The translations under genes and the position numbers were made by a program. Below are positions 9,701 to 19,800 of a DNA stretch of 64,000 nucleotides, in pieces (within the stretch, counting starts at the first letter, position 1; the number at the start of each line of letters is the position of its first letter). The notes beneath the pieces were generated by a model. That model was given only the letters and a program-made list of their open reading frames with translations, searched no databases and had not been told where the DNA came from. This stretch comes from Candidatus Microgenomates bacterium (GTDB lineage: Bacteria > Patescibacteriota > Microgenomatia > UBA1400 > UBA12108), in contig QEVC01000001.1 in the NCBI GenBank assembly GCA_003576945.1, forward strand, positions 26,129 to 90,128, in the 5' to 3' direction.

Positions 9701-10261
9701 ATGAGCAAACGATCGGTAGAAACACGAGTTGAGATGGCAGAGCCGAAAGAACACTCTCCAAGAGAGATGCCAACGGAGCTTTCGTTAGGAGCGTTGGTTG
9801 AGGCGTGGACTAAGTCAGGGAATTTGAGAAAAATCGCTAGTTTTGCTAATAAACACCAATATGACGATCATGGGAGCGTGGTAAGACATTTAGGTGATTT
9901 AGTACAGACTTTGTCGGCAACAAGAATGTCTGTAGATGATGCTACGGTGGGATTGATGAAACAAATGGCTGCGAATCTTGACGATGACATTATGAGAGAG
10001 GTGATGAGCGAACTAAGTGGTAAGCATAAACCACAATCGAGAACAATGGAAATACCTTCACGGTGGGCACAAGGAAACAATACTTTTGTCTGGGGCTTAC
10101 TGCTTGGAAAGCCATACAAAGATAAAGTCGACACAATGAGAGTGATGTTTGGATCTACAGATGGTCAGGCAAGAACTTTTACGTTTTGGCGAAAAGATAA
10201 CGTTTCAAAGGGCGTAATGACTTTTGAGATGCCGGAACTAGAGTTGGATTTTAAGAGTTAG
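9701..10261 (+). CDS. Hypothetical protein
   Basis: ORF (track 9659..10261). The first in-frame ATG downstream of the stop-terminated ATG at 9690 is at 9701 (MSKRSVETRV...). No recognisable domain. Confidence 0.35.
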   Translation: MSKRSVETRVEMAEPKEHSPREMPTELSLGALVEAWTKSGNLRKIASFANKHQYDDHGSVVRHLGDLVQTLSATRMSVDDATVGLMKQMAANLDDDIMREVMSELSGKHKPQSRTMEIPSRWAQGNNTFVWGLLLGKPYKDKVDTMRVMFGSTDGQARTFTFWRKDNVSKGVMTFEMPELELDFKS

Positions 10262-11126
10262 ATTTTTCGGCTTGAAGATAGGGGTTGGGCATCCAAGACT
10301 CAATCATGTCTTTGGTAATGGGCGAGGATATCTTCCAGAGAGCTTGGTGGAGACAGATGAGAGAGGTGGTGAGATTACTGCTTCTTATTTTGATCCCCCA
10401 GACTTCTTTGTCTTTGACTGAGACTATCCAGGTACGATTGCCTTTGAGTCGCACCATGACATTAAAGTTTTGTAGCTCAAAAGGAGGGTAGCGAAACTGG
10501 GCGCGGTCTAGATAATGAGGATTGCGCTCGACCTGGTAGCTTAGGACATGTTTGGTCCAGTCGGTCATTGGGGTTAGATTGTACTCAATCCCCACCCCAC
10601 CCACACGCTTTTTTATGCCCCGATCAACACCTTTGTTCATTTCTTTGCCGCCAGTCGCATCCATCGGGACTTGGTAATCGAAAATATAAGAGTCCTGATC
10701 GACTCCATCGTAATCAAACATGACATAGTTAGCCCCTTCCATACCTGGAAAAAACTGAAAATCAGAATCGGTGGTGTCTTTGAGATATTCTTTTTTGAGC
10801 CAGGGCAAGATCTCGACAATATCAACCTCTTGAGTACTCAGTGATTTTTGTTTGGAGTGAATGATCTCTCTGAGGATGCTGGGGTTTTTGGCTATTACCT
10901 TGGTCTGTTGCTTCATCAGTCCAGTGGCACTCTCTAATTCGACTAATCCCTTCAAGGACAGATCGGTCAAGACAGCATAGACGGTAGTCCGAGCGATCCC
11001 GGTCGCTTTGGAAATTTTGAATGGCGAAGTTTCACCTAACTCCACGGCTTTTTGATAAACAAGTGCTTCGTTGTCGGATAGTCCAAAGTTTTTTAGGACA
11101 TCGATAGTTCTTTTCTGATAATCCAT
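10251..11126 (-). CDS. TrmB-like HTH transcriptional regulator with a C-terminal domain of unknown function
   Basis: The N-terminus FGLSDNEALVYQKAVELGETSPFKISKATGIARTTVYAVLTDLSLKGLV is a TrmB-type HTH. Confidence 0.5.
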   Translation of the reverse strand: MDYQKRTIDVLKNFGLSDNEALVYQKAVELGETSPFKISKATGIARTTVYAVLTDLSLKGLVELESATGLMKQQTKVIAKNPSILREIIHSKQKSLSTQEVDIVEILPWLKKEYLKDTTDSDFQFFPGMEGANYVMFDYDGVDQDSYIFDYQVPMDATGGKEMNKGVDRGIKKRVGGVGIEYNLTPMTDWTKHVLSYQVERNPHYLDRAQFRYPPFELQNFNVMVRLKGNRTWIVSVKDKEVWGIKIRSSNLTTSLICLHQALWKISSPITKDMIESWMPNPYLQAEKSNS

Positions 11127-11153
11127 ACTCGCACCTCCCCTACTGTTATTTAT

Positions 11154-11171
11154 TGACGACAGTGATCGTCA
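11154..11171. promoter_or_regulatory. Inverted repeat TGACGA-N6-TCGTCA in the divergent promoter region (candidate operator)
   Basis: Palindrome seen in the 102-nt gap between the TrmB-like regulator start and the ORF at 11229. TTGAC elements flank it. Confidence 0.35.
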
Positions 11172-11228
11172 CTTTTGACACTAAGTATAGCAGGGGAGTA
11201 TAGTCCGAACAACTAAGGAGGAAGTAAT

Positions 11229-12002
11229 ATGTGTACCCAAGCTGTAAAGAGAGTAAAAAATACATGGTTTCTCATGAAGACTCGTGACCCTGTATCGTGG
11301 ATGCGATATGAGGACGAGATCAAACTCTTTGATTCCCCTACTGATAAGTACCGCAAGTTAATTATCCAGAACCCTATCCCTTACGAGGATGGGTACTATG
11401 GAGGGATAAATGAGGCGGGCGTAGCGTTTATCTCGACTTTTGTGAGGACGAGCGAGGACCAAATATCGTATATCCGCAAGCCATATATCAGGCTAATACT
11501 GAATGCGGGAACTGCTACAGAGGCAGTGGAGATAATTAAATCTTTTAACCCAAAAATTGGTGGGAATATGTTTGTCGCTGACCCGGATAAGTGCTATGGA
11601 ATAGAGGCGACAGCCAGGGAGTATTATGTAGAAGAGATAGTTGATGAAGCAGTAAAGGCGAATCACTTTTGCAGTTTGGCCGATCGCAATATTAATTTTG
11701 ATAATGACTCGGAGTTTGAGGAGTGGAGTAAAACGCACGAGGAGCGCGCCAAGGAGCTGGTTGACAACGTTAATAGTCTTGAAGACTGCGAGAGGTTGCT
11801 CTCGGACCGGAAGAATAGCGACAAGAAGCGAGCAATCTGTACTACCCCAGATGAGGCTCGTGTGTATACCTATTCGGCTTTTGTGTTCGATACCAGCAAC
11901 AAGTTGGTGAGGTACGCACAGGGATGTCCGAGTATAGTTGGGTTTAAAGAGTACACATTTAAGAAACTACCAGGAAATATGAAGACAGAACAAGTTGACT
12001 AG
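11229..12002 (+). CDS. Putative Ntn-hydrolase (peptidase C45 / acyl-CoA:6-APA acyltransferase-like)
   Basis: Starts MCTQAV... (Cys2 could be the nucleophile) and has a later GGINEAGVAFI motif typical of C45/choloylglycine hydrolase-like proteins. Inference only. Confidence 0.35.
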   Translation: MCTQAVKRVKNTWFLMKTRDPVSWMRYEDEIKLFDSPTDKYRKLIIQNPIPYEDGYYGGINEAGVAFISTFVRTSEDQISYIRKPYIRLILNAGTATEAVEIIKSFNPKIGGNMFVADPDKCYGIEATAREYYVEEIVDEAVKANHFCSLADRNINFDNDSEFEEWSKTHEERAKELVDNVNSLEDCERLLSDRKNSDKKRAICTTPDEARVYTYSAFVFDTSNKLVRYAQGCPSIVGFKEYTFKKLPGNMKTEQVD

Positions 12003-12017
12003 ACTAGAATAACCCTC

Positions 12018-13208
12018 ATGACCACGAAGCAGATTGCCCCACGAAACATCAAGATATTTTACTGGACAGAGTTTTGGAGAAGTCTTGTTTTTATCATACC
12101 TGTCTGGATAGCAGTATTAAACGAGAGAATCGGAGTAGCTGGTATTTCGATATATCTAGCCGTGGGATTTGTGACTCAGTTAATACTCGAACTGCCAACC
12201 GGAGCGCTCGCAGACTTAATAGGGAGGAAAAAGACAGTCATCCTAGGACACATTATTGATGCTCTACAGTATTTGGGGATGGCATTTGCAACCACCCTAC
12301 CTCAATTTGCATTACTTTCGGTTTTGTCTGGAACTGCTGAGGCATTAAGGTCTGGATCGCTAGAGGCCATAGTGTATGACAGTCTCAAGCAGGACAAGCG
12401 TGAAAGCGAATATAAAAAGATTATGTCGGCCCAAGGAATAAGGTTTCAAATTGGACTCATGGTTTCAACGGCGCTTGGTGGTTTTATGGGCAACTACTGG
12501 GAACGGCTCCCCTTTATTGCGACTGGATTATTATTATTTATTTCGGCTGGTATCTCAATCTGGTTTATCGAACCAACAATTGATAGTGAGAAGTTTGGAC
12601 TAAGAAACTATTTAAGACAGATCAAATGGGGAGTAATTGAAGCGTTTAAAACAAAAGATCACCGAGACATCTCGCTCTACTACATAGCTGTAGGTGGAAT
12701 CTCGTGGATGTGTGCGACCTATTTTAACGATTCGATGTTGATCGATCTTGGCTTTGCCGCGGAGCAACGGGGAGTGATTGCAGCAGGATTAAGACTGGTT
12801 AATATCATATTGCTTTATAAAGTCTTGACCAACGAGAAAATCTTTAATTTCCGCCGAACCATTATCTTTTTTCCGATACTCATGAGCGTGGCGCTACTAC
12901 CGGGGTGGTGGCTAGATGGATACTGGGGAGTGCCATTTGTCGGGATGGCGATGATGAGCTCGACGGCAAGGTGGATTTTACTTGGGAAATATACAAATGC
13001 TGCTTATTCCTCTAAGTATCGAGCAACAGCGATCTCAACACTATCGATGGCGATAGGTCTGATTTATGCGGTTGGCGTCTTGGTTTCTGGGGTAGTAATG
13101 AAACACTGGGGAGATACTAGGCTGATTTATAGTATGCTCGGGATTATTACAATATTAACTGTGCCCTACTTTAGCTACAGACTGTTACATGCCAAAAATA
13201 CGAACTAA
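12018..13208 (+). CDS. MFS transporter
   Basis: 396 aa, about 12 TM, with MFS loop motif ELPTGALADLIGRKKTVILG. Confidence 0.65.
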   Translation: MTTKQIAPRNIKIFYWTEFWRSLVFIIPVWIAVLNERIGVAGISIYLAVGFVTQLILELPTGALADLIGRKKTVILGHIIDALQYLGMAFATTLPQFALLSVLSGTAEALRSGSLEAIVYDSLKQDKRESEYKKIMSAQGIRFQIGLMVSTALGGFMGNYWERLPFIATGLLLFISAGISIWFIEPTIDSEKFGLRNYLRQIKWGVIEAFKTKDHRDISLYYIAVGGISWMCATYFNDSMLIDLGFAAEQRGVIAAGLRLVNIILLYKVLTNEKIFNFRRTIIFFPILMSVALLPGWWLDGYWGVPFVGMAMMSSTARWILLGKYTNAAYSSKYRATAISTLSMAIGLIYAVGVLVSGVVMKHWGDTRLIYSMLGIITILTVPYFSYRLLHAKNTN

Positions 13209-14376
13209 TCTCAACTTAAGGATTGCGGCACCTTTAGCATTTGCTAGTATGCTGTTTTTCCCTAGCGCGATCTGGATGTTCTTTTATATACAATATTTAA
13301 GCTTTGCCGAGATCGCGGCGATCATGGCGATGGGAGCAATATTCTCGATAATACTAGAAGTTCCGACTGGTGTCTTTGCTGATGTGGTGGGGCGAAAATG
13401 GGCTGTTTTTGCCTCTTATGTTCTATTTGCAATTGCAATGGTGGGAGTGGCAACTTCTACGTCATATTTGTGGTTTTTAATCTGGACTCTGGTTAATGGA
13501 ATGGTGAACGCCCTATACTCTGGTAGTATGGAAGCGCTCGTTTATGACACACTAAAAGAAATTGAAAAAGAGGATGAGTTTGATCACTGGGTAAGTCGAA
13601 TGGAGGCGGCGACATGGGTAGGGCTTTTTATCAGCACCGTTATAGGAGGATATTTGTATACATTAGACCCGAGATTGCCCTACTTTGCTCAAGCTGTATT
13701 TATGGTGATGGCGGCACTCCTCTCATTACTACTTAAAGAGCCTAGGTTTGACTCATATCAATACAGTCTAGTAGATGGGATTAAACAAAACCTGGTGGGG
13801 TTTGGCGAGCTACTGGCAAATGAAAAAAGACGTTATTTAACTATTATCTTTGTCACTATTGGGGTTGGGTACTATATTGCCTCGGATATCCTGGGGATCT
13901 CGCAGGCAAGAGAGTATGGCCTAAAACCAGAAATAGTGGGATGGGTGTTTGGAGCCGGCTACATCATCTCGGCTATTGCCTCGCATTACTATCCCGCGCT
14001 AAGAAAAATAATTGGAGAGATGAGGCTAATTTGGTTAGCGACTGGGATCCTTATTATTAGTTTTGTAATGGCAAAATATGTCGGAGTGTGGATCGGGACC
14101 TTGCTCATAATTATGCGCATTGCCTCCGCGACTACTTTTCGCAATAGTCGGAGCGTCATAATAAATAGGGAAATATCATCTAAGAATAGAGCCACCACCC
14201 TCTCGACCCTCAACCTTCTTGTAATGTTGCCATATGCGCTCTTTGCCAATTTGATTGGGCGCTATATGGATCAAACAAGCCCCAACCAGTTTGCGTGGAT
14301 GTTGGGAATGGGACTAATGGGTGCGCTGGGACTGATCTATGTTGTGCGGGCTGCGTCGATGAGGCTGCGGATATAG
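13189..14376 (+). CDS. MFS transporter (tandem paralogue)
   Basis: 395 aa, with EVPTGVFADVVGRKWAVF. Overlaps the upstream MFS gene by 20 nt. Confidence 0.65.
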   Translation: MPKIRTNLNLRIAAPLAFASMLFFPSAIWMFFYIQYLSFAEIAAIMAMGAIFSIILEVPTGVFADVVGRKWAVFASYVLFAIAMVGVATSTSYLWFLIWTLVNGMVNALYSGSMEALVYDTLKEIEKEDEFDHWVSRMEAATWVGLFISTVIGGYLYTLDPRLPYFAQAVFMVMAALLSLLLKEPRFDSYQYSLVDGIKQNLVGFGELLANEKRRYLTIIFVTIGVGYYIASDILGISQAREYGLKPEIVGWVFGAGYIISAIASHYYPALRKIIGEMRLIWLATGILIISFVMAKYVGVWIGTLLIIMRIASATTFRNSRSVIINREISSKNRATTLSTLNLLVMLPYALFANLIGRYMDQTSPNQFAWMLGMGLMGALGLIYVVRAASMRLRI

Positions 14377-14445
14377 TTGCTTGCTCCACCCCCTGATTGT
14401 TCACCTTTTTGTTTGACGAGCTGTTCTGACAAATTTATGATAAGG

Positions 14446-15336
14446 CTATCCCAACATTATTGCGCCAACTGAGATAAGTAATATTGCAATCCACTGAGAC
14501 TTGGTGGTTTTTGATCTATCCCCTATTGGAAACATTAACAGTAACATCATTACAAAAAGACTCTGTACCCCGTTCATTGCTGACACGTATGCGCCTACCG
14601 GGGCCAGAGCAACGGCAATATTTCCTAGCCAAAAACTACCTTCTGCAAATGCTTCATTAAATAGGCTTAATCCAAGAAACTTCTTTCCCTGATGTTTAAT
14701 ACGATATAAGAATCCTTCTCTATATTTGGTTGCAAATATTAAGATTAGTATGCCGATAAATCCTATCGCGAGTAGTTGGTAAAAGGAAAAGGCTGTAGCA
14801 GAACCATACCTGGCAGCAACTCTCGCCATATATAGTGGAATTGCCGCAGTTGATGTCACGGGTATGCCAATTAGTAGTAATTTAGTAGGAACCTTCCATT
14901 TAAATGTTCCTGCGTCCAATATATATGCACCATACATGAGTAAAATGATGGCAATTAAACCGGTACTACTTATGGTTCCGCCATCTAATAATTCAAATAA
15001 GATTAACCAGACAGAGCTAATTTGGAAAATGGGACCGACTTGATGAACTGGATAAAGCTGTAGGAGGTAGAAATATGATCCATACATTATGACCATTGGA
15101 ACTGCGGATGTAATTGCAAGCATTAGTGGAAATTGTGTTAGGTGGATATCTGCAGTAGTAAAACCAATTAACGCAGCACCCACAAAACTCATTAGAGTTG
15201 ATATTAACAACACGCTTCCAACTTTGGTGTGAATATTCCCTCCTGGCGGTAGTTTATTTGAGGTGGCTAAGTGCTCGTCGGTATACAAAACCAGGGCCAT
15301 TAAAAAGATTGATATTAGTGTATATAAAAACCACAT
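14446..15336 (-). CDS. Polytopic membrane protein, function unknown
   Basis: 296 aa with about 9-10 hydrophobic helices. Confidence 0.4.
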   Translation of the reverse strand: MWFLYTLISIFLMALVLYTDEHLATSNKLPPGGNIHTKVGSVLLISTLMSFVGAALIGFTTADIHLTQFPLMLAITSAVPMVIMYGSYFYLLQLYPVHQVGPIFQISSVWLILFELLDGGTISSTGLIAIILLMYGAYILDAGTFKWKVPTKLLLIGIPVTSTAAIPLYMARVAARYGSATAFSFYQLLAIGFIGILILIFATKYREGFLYRIKHQGKKFLGLSLFNEAFAEGSFWLGNIAVALAPVGAYVSAMNGVQSLFVMMLLLMFPIGDRSKTTKSQWIAILLISVGAIMLG

Positions 15337-15350
15337 GGGGGAATTATATC

Positions 15351-15641
15351 CTAATTAACCTTGTTTATTTGATATGAAAGATAAATGGCTGAGGGGAGCA
15401 CGAGTAAGACCTCTACGACGGCAGAGAGTCCGAAGGTGGTAGCCACACTCCCCTGCTCCATAAGATAACCAATAAATGGGCCGAGCGCGACAACGGTGGT
15501 TAAGGAGTATGGAAGCTGTGGGTGAAGTGTATATAGATAACCCCCCAAGACACTATTAATTGCCATACCGATGGTACACCAAAAGAAGGTGTCGGCTTCG
15601 ACTTTTTGATACTCCTCCTCGCTACGGCCATTTCCTTTCAT
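15351..15641 (-). pseudogene. Remnant of a third MFS transporter paralogue (middle segment only)
   Basis: EEEYQKVEADTFFWCTIGMAINSVLGGYLYTLHPQLPYSL aligns with DEFDHWVSRMEAATWVGLFISTVIGGYLYTLDPRLPYF in the MFS at 13189-14376. It is only 96 aa and lacks the N-terminal half. Confidence 0.45.
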
Positions 15642-15788
15642 AGAGTCAGACAGAAGAGCTGAGAGGGCGCCGGAGAGTAGTTCGAGTAGTAGCTGGACAA
15701 AAAGACTGAGGTTATGAGAAAGGTGTGCGTGTTCTTTTTCCAGTTAGTTTTGGTTATTTGTTAATTATATCCCTGATATACTCGACTA

Positions 15789-16268
15789 ATGAAAGAGGGT
15801 CGTGGTTTTTGGCATAGTTTAGAAAATTACACGTGGAAAATAATTGAGAGACTCTCCCCTGCTCTGCCGTGGCTAGGATTGGGGATTATTGTATTAGTTA
15901 TTGCTACGTCGGCATATGGTACTAGAGCGAGCTTGGTGGGCACACAAGGGCTCAGAGAGGCTGCTCTGCGCGCAGCCAAGGTAGGAGATTATGTAATAGC
16001 ACAGGATTTGTGGGAAAGGATGACGATAAAGGAGGGGGATTCTGTTTTAGGAGTAGAAAGTGAACTTGAGGATAGGATTTATCCAGAACGAGTGGTAGAG
16101 CGCGAGATCGAAAAATATGAAGGGTTGTTGGCTAAATATCCAGGTCATAGAGATATATACCTAATGCTTGCTGGTCTATATGGCCAAATTGGCAAGACAG
16201 AGCAGTCAGAACAATACCTTGAGTTAGCAAGAGAACTAGACCCCAACAATAGTTTCTTTGGCGAGTAA
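15789..16268 (+). CDS. TPR-like repeat protein with an N-terminal TM
   Basis: C-terminal TPR-like helices (YLMLAGLYGQIGKTEQSEQYLELARELDPNN). Confidence 0.4.
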   Translation: MKEGRGFWHSLENYTWKIIERLSPALPWLGLGIIVLVIATSAYGTRASLVGTQGLREAALRAAKVGDYVIAQDLWERMTIKEGDSVLGVESELEDRIYPERVVEREIEKYEGLLAKYPGHRDIYLMLAGLYGQIGKTEQSEQYLELARELDPNNSFFGE

Positions 16269-16269
16269 A

Positions 16270-16926
16270 TTACTCTTTGGATTCTTCAGCTTTTGATGTA
16301 GTACCTGCCTCAGCAGGAGCGGCTGCAGCCTCGCCTTCCGCAGGAGCGGCAGGGGCTACTTCCTCTTCTTTGGCAGGTTCTTGGATGGTTGCGATTACTT
16401 CTTCATCCTCAACCATGAGAGTAACCTTGGAGCGATCGAGTTTGAGATCTTTGGCATGAATGGTACTACCTACTTCGGTTAAGGTTGTAATGTCGACTTC
16501 GATTTCGTTGGGTAGATCGGCAGGTAGTGCCTCTACTTCGATTTCATTGCGTTGGAGAACTAGGACGTTCCCGGCTTTGACTGCCTCGGATTCGCCGGTA
16601 GCCTTAAGAGGTACCATGGCAGTAGTCTTGACGTTTAGATCAACTTCGTGGAAGTCGACGTGGAGTAAGGAACCATCAATTGGGTCTTGAGAGTGGCCAG
16701 CGACCAAAACGGGGTGGGTCTTCTCCCCCTCAACAACAACGTCAATTAAGTTGGTTTCACCAGCTTTTTTGAGAACGTCTTTGAGAGATTTGGCCTCGAC
16801 TTGAATGGCGAGAGATTTAATTTTTTTTCCAAAAATATTGGCGGGTACAACGCCGGTTTTGCGGAGCGCGCGAACTTTTCGACCTAGTGCGGTTCTTTTA
16901 CTTGCTTTGACTGAGTAGTTAGACAT
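16270..16926 (-). CDS. rplY: 50S ribosomal protein L25 / general stress protein Ctc, with an acidic Ala/Glu-rich tail
   Basis: N-terminus KASKRTALGRKVRALRKTGVVPANIFGK, then the L25 beta-barrel. Confidence 0.8.
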   Translation of the reverse strand: MSNYSVKASKRTALGRKVRALRKTGVVPANIFGKKIKSLAIQVEAKSLKDVLKKAGETNLIDVVVEGEKTHPVLVAGHSQDPIDGSLLHVDFHEVDLNVKTTAMVPLKATGESEAVKAGNVLVLQRNEIEVEALPADLPNEIEVDITTLTEVGSTIHAKDLKLDRSKVTLMVEDEEVIATIQEPAKEEEVAPAAPAEGEAAAAPAEAGTTSKAEESKE

Positions 16927-17001
16927 ACTTAACTCCTTGTTTTGACTAATTTTTGTTCTATTGAATCTTGGATATTATAGCAGATTGCTCGGAGAGAACC
17001 T

Positions 17002-19755
17002 CTAAAATTGAATGGAGAGGCGATGATCGGTGTCATTTAAGAAGTCAAAACTGAGTTTTTGTGCTTCGAGTAGACTGGGCTCTGGAGAGAGTTTGAAAGG
17101 CTTGAGGTAGAGAGGAAGATTGTAGCTTACGCTGATTTTGTCGCTAGGGCGTGAGCCAGATTGCCTTTGGAAATAAAGTGTGTAGAGAGAGCCTGAGACA
17201 AGTTTGGTGTTGTTGGTATAGACCACAGTACTCGTGGTTAAGTTGTTGATGGGGACGGTTATGAGATAGGAGAGCACGCGACGCCCATGTTCCTCGGCTA
17301 CGGTATATTCGGTGTTACTAAGAACACTCTCGCCGATCTTGACCTGCTGAATACTTGATGAGGGAGGTAAATATAGTCTTGCATAGTTTTTGTAGGAGCC
17401 GGCAGGCCAAGCGTTGCTGGTTGCGGCGTTTTTCCACGTGGTTTGGAGAGTGTGGGTGGGAAAACCATCTTTACTCAGACTAACATCGAGACTCATCTCC
17501 TTGGTTATGTAAAAGTTGGCTTTGTTAACGCCAAAGTTGCTATCGACACTATAGAGATAGTCATCGTAACAAGGAGTGGTAGGGCACGGCTTACTTTCCA
17601 CTGCCCCATTCCAGCCAAGGGTTTGGAGGATGCGCTCAGAGCTCGCGTTGGTGACGCTAAGTTGAGTGTCGCTGCTTTCGAGGGAGGCAAGTAGAGCGCT
17701 ACTGACGCTTAAGAGAGACTTGGCGTCGGCGGTTTTTAGCTTTGCAAAAAGGGCGTCGGCGACGCTACTTAAAAATTCTTTTTTGGCCGTACTGCCCGGG
17801 AAGAAGTTAACTTCAGCGTGGAATTGGGCACGCTCGGCGAGGTTGCCCTCCGTAATGGTTTCGTTGTAGTCGCTAAGCTCAAGGGGTCCAACTGAGTTGA
17901 GTAGTAGTTTTAAGGTCTCGAGGTTAATACTGATCGTTCCGATAACATCTTGATTCATCGATTTTTTCAGGAACCACTCGGCGCGCCTTGCGCTGGTCGG
18001 AAAATCGGGATCAAAGTTGCTGTCACGCAGATACCAGTTGGCTTCGCCAAGAATATTTTTGATTGGGACGGGTGGCTCAACGTGACCCTTTAGAGCACCG
18101 TCGGCGGTATAGACGTCATAGACCTGAAAGTCATATAACTTGCCCTTTTCAAATGAAAGGATGCCATAACTGCCAATAAACCCACCAGTAGCCCGGAGTT
18201 CCATATTGTTTTGGAAGAGGACGAGATACTTGGCTCGATCATTTAGGCCAATCAAGTCGGGTAAAATACTAAAGACCCCTTTACCTAGAAGAGTATTCTT
18301 TTTGAGAGTGGGCAGAAGGTTTTTTAGCTCTTGGTAGTCCCCTTCTACTTTAGTGAGGAGTTTGGGGGTGGTTGAAGGGAGAGTGCCGTCCAAGAGTGAG
18401 AGTTGTTGGTAGAGGTTCTCGACATCCAGACGAGCGCTAGTGAGAGTCCCGGCTAGATTAATTTCGGCGCCAGTGAGAACGTGAGACGAAATATCTTTGG
18501 CAGAGCGGGCGAGACTAGAAGTGGTGTCGCTAACAATTAATGCTTGTTGGTAAGCATCAAAGAGGAGGGCTGGCTCATCGGCTCCGAGGGCAACCGCGTT
18601 GGTATAGAGATAGCTTGCGGCGAGTTTGGCGATTTGGTTAGAAGAGAGATTTTCGAGGGTACCGCTAAGTATTTGGTGTTTGTAATTGTTTACCGTCACC
18701 CAAGTGATGCCGAAGGAGAGGGCGAGTGAACCAAGATAAAAAATAAAGCCAAATAAGAATCCCCTCCCTGCGATTTTGAGTGTCTTGTTTTTGAGAAAAT
18801 TAGGAAGTTTTAATTTAATCTTTTTACGCTTCGTTTCGCGTGGCACAAACTCGAGATTAGTAAAGTTGTAGGTTTTGGTGGGATGTGCCTTTGGCGGGTC
18901 CTCCCGCACTAGCTTGGGAAGTCGAGTGACAGGAGTGGGTGGGTTTTCAGACAATGGCTTGCTTGGGAGTTTAAGGGGGGTTGCCTGGGATTCTGTTTTG
19001 TCTTGCTGCACCTTGCCTAGAGTATTTAGGTGGTTTAAGAACAAGTCAAGAGTGCTCTCTTTTGGTAAATTTTCAAATAAAGCATGGGTCGAGCGATAGA
19101 AACTGGATGGGACCGGACTCGTGATGCCATTATCTTGATAATCTAACTTTAGCGAGCGTTTACCAACCTCTCCGCAAATCTGTAAGAGGCTCGCCAAGGA
19201 AACTCCATCAACGTTGCCCAAATTAAGCCTAGGAGCTTCGGTTTGACTGACAAGAATGCGCATGAGGGCACTGGTTACATAGTCTTCGCTCATCAAGTGT
19301 AGATTGGTGAGTCCCCCCTCCCCCAGACTACAATGATTGCCTTCAAGTAGAGCGCCGGATAGTCGTTCGAGAGTCGGGGAACCTTGTCCATCTAGGCCCA
19401 GATACTCCCCCAGGAGGATATGGGTCGAGCGGATTGGGAGTTCGAGGGGTAGCTGGGCCCAGGATCGCTCAACTAAGTATAGGTGGGGGTGAGGATAGGT
19501 AGTAAGTGCACTCCACACTCCCCTGCCCGGCCCAATAAAGAAAGTTGCTAGTTCATGATTCAAAAAAATAAGCCAGCTATCGTGAGTAGAAATTTTACCT
19601 AAATTAGACTGGAGTAGTTCATCTGGTAAATACGTGACTAACTCAAGATTGTTTTGCTCAGCTGCCAGCTTAATTTTGGCTGCAAAGACATCGCTGCTTG
19701 TGAGAACGCCAATATTACCATGCACGGCTTCAACCGCAAATCTTGGGGCAGACAT
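17002..19755 (-). CDS. Large membrane-anchored protein: about 320-aa cytoplasmic N-domain, one TM, about 570-aa extracytoplasmic domain (DUF4012-like?)
   Basis: 917 aa with a TM at about 325-350 (LFGFIFYLGSLALSFGITWVTV). No catalytic motif recognised. Confidence 0.45.
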   Translation of the reverse strand: MSAPRFAVEAVHGNIGVLTSSDVFAAKIKLAAEQNNLELVTYLPDELLQSNLGKISTHDSWLIFLNHELATFFIGPGRGVWSALTTYPHPHLYLVERSWAQLPLELPIRSTHILLGEYLGLDGQGSPTLERLSGALLEGNHCSLGEGGLTNLHLMSEDYVTSALMRILVSQTEAPRLNLGNVDGVSLASLLQICGEVGKRSLKLDYQDNGITSPVPSSFYRSTHALFENLPKESTLDLFLNHLNTLGKVQQDKTESQATPLKLPSKPLSENPPTPVTRLPKLVREDPPKAHPTKTYNFTNLEFVPRETKRKKIKLKLPNFLKNKTLKIAGRGFLFGFIFYLGSLALSFGITWVTVNNYKHQILSGTLENLSSNQIAKLAASYLYTNAVALGADEPALLFDAYQQALIVSDTTSSLARSAKDISSHVLTGAEINLAGTLTSARLDVENLYQQLSLLDGTLPSTTPKLLTKVEGDYQELKNLLPTLKKNTLLGKGVFSILPDLIGLNDRAKYLVLFQNNMELRATGGFIGSYGILSFEKGKLYDFQVYDVYTADGALKGHVEPPVPIKNILGEANWYLRDSNFDPDFPTSARRAEWFLKKSMNQDVIGTISINLETLKLLLNSVGPLELSDYNETITEGNLAERAQFHAEVNFFPGSTAKKEFLSSVADALFAKLKTADAKSLLSVSSALLASLESSDTQLSVTNASSERILQTLGWNGAVESKPCPTTPCYDDYLYSVDSNFGVNKANFYITKEMSLDVSLSKDGFPTHTLQTTWKNAATSNAWPAGSYKNYARLYLPPSSSIQQVKIGESVLSNTEYTVAEEHGRRVLSYLITVPINNLTTSTVVYTNNTKLVSGSLYTLYFQRQSGSRPSDKISVSYNLPLYLKPFKLSPEPSLLEAQKLSFDFLNDTDHRLSIQF

Positions 19756-19763
19756 ATATTCAT

Positions 19764-19800
19764 TTTAAATCCTAAATCCCAAATAACAAATCCCAATTAA
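19764..19800. repeat. Octamer-periodic AAATCC repeats immediately upstream of the 917-aa gene start
   Basis: ttttaaatcctaaatcccaaataacaaatccc. Confidence 0.5.

Noticed and set aside
14446-15336. Whether the 296-aa membrane protein is another decayed MFS copy
   Set aside because: No MFS loop motifs and different helix spacing. It was kept as an independent membrane protein of unknown family.
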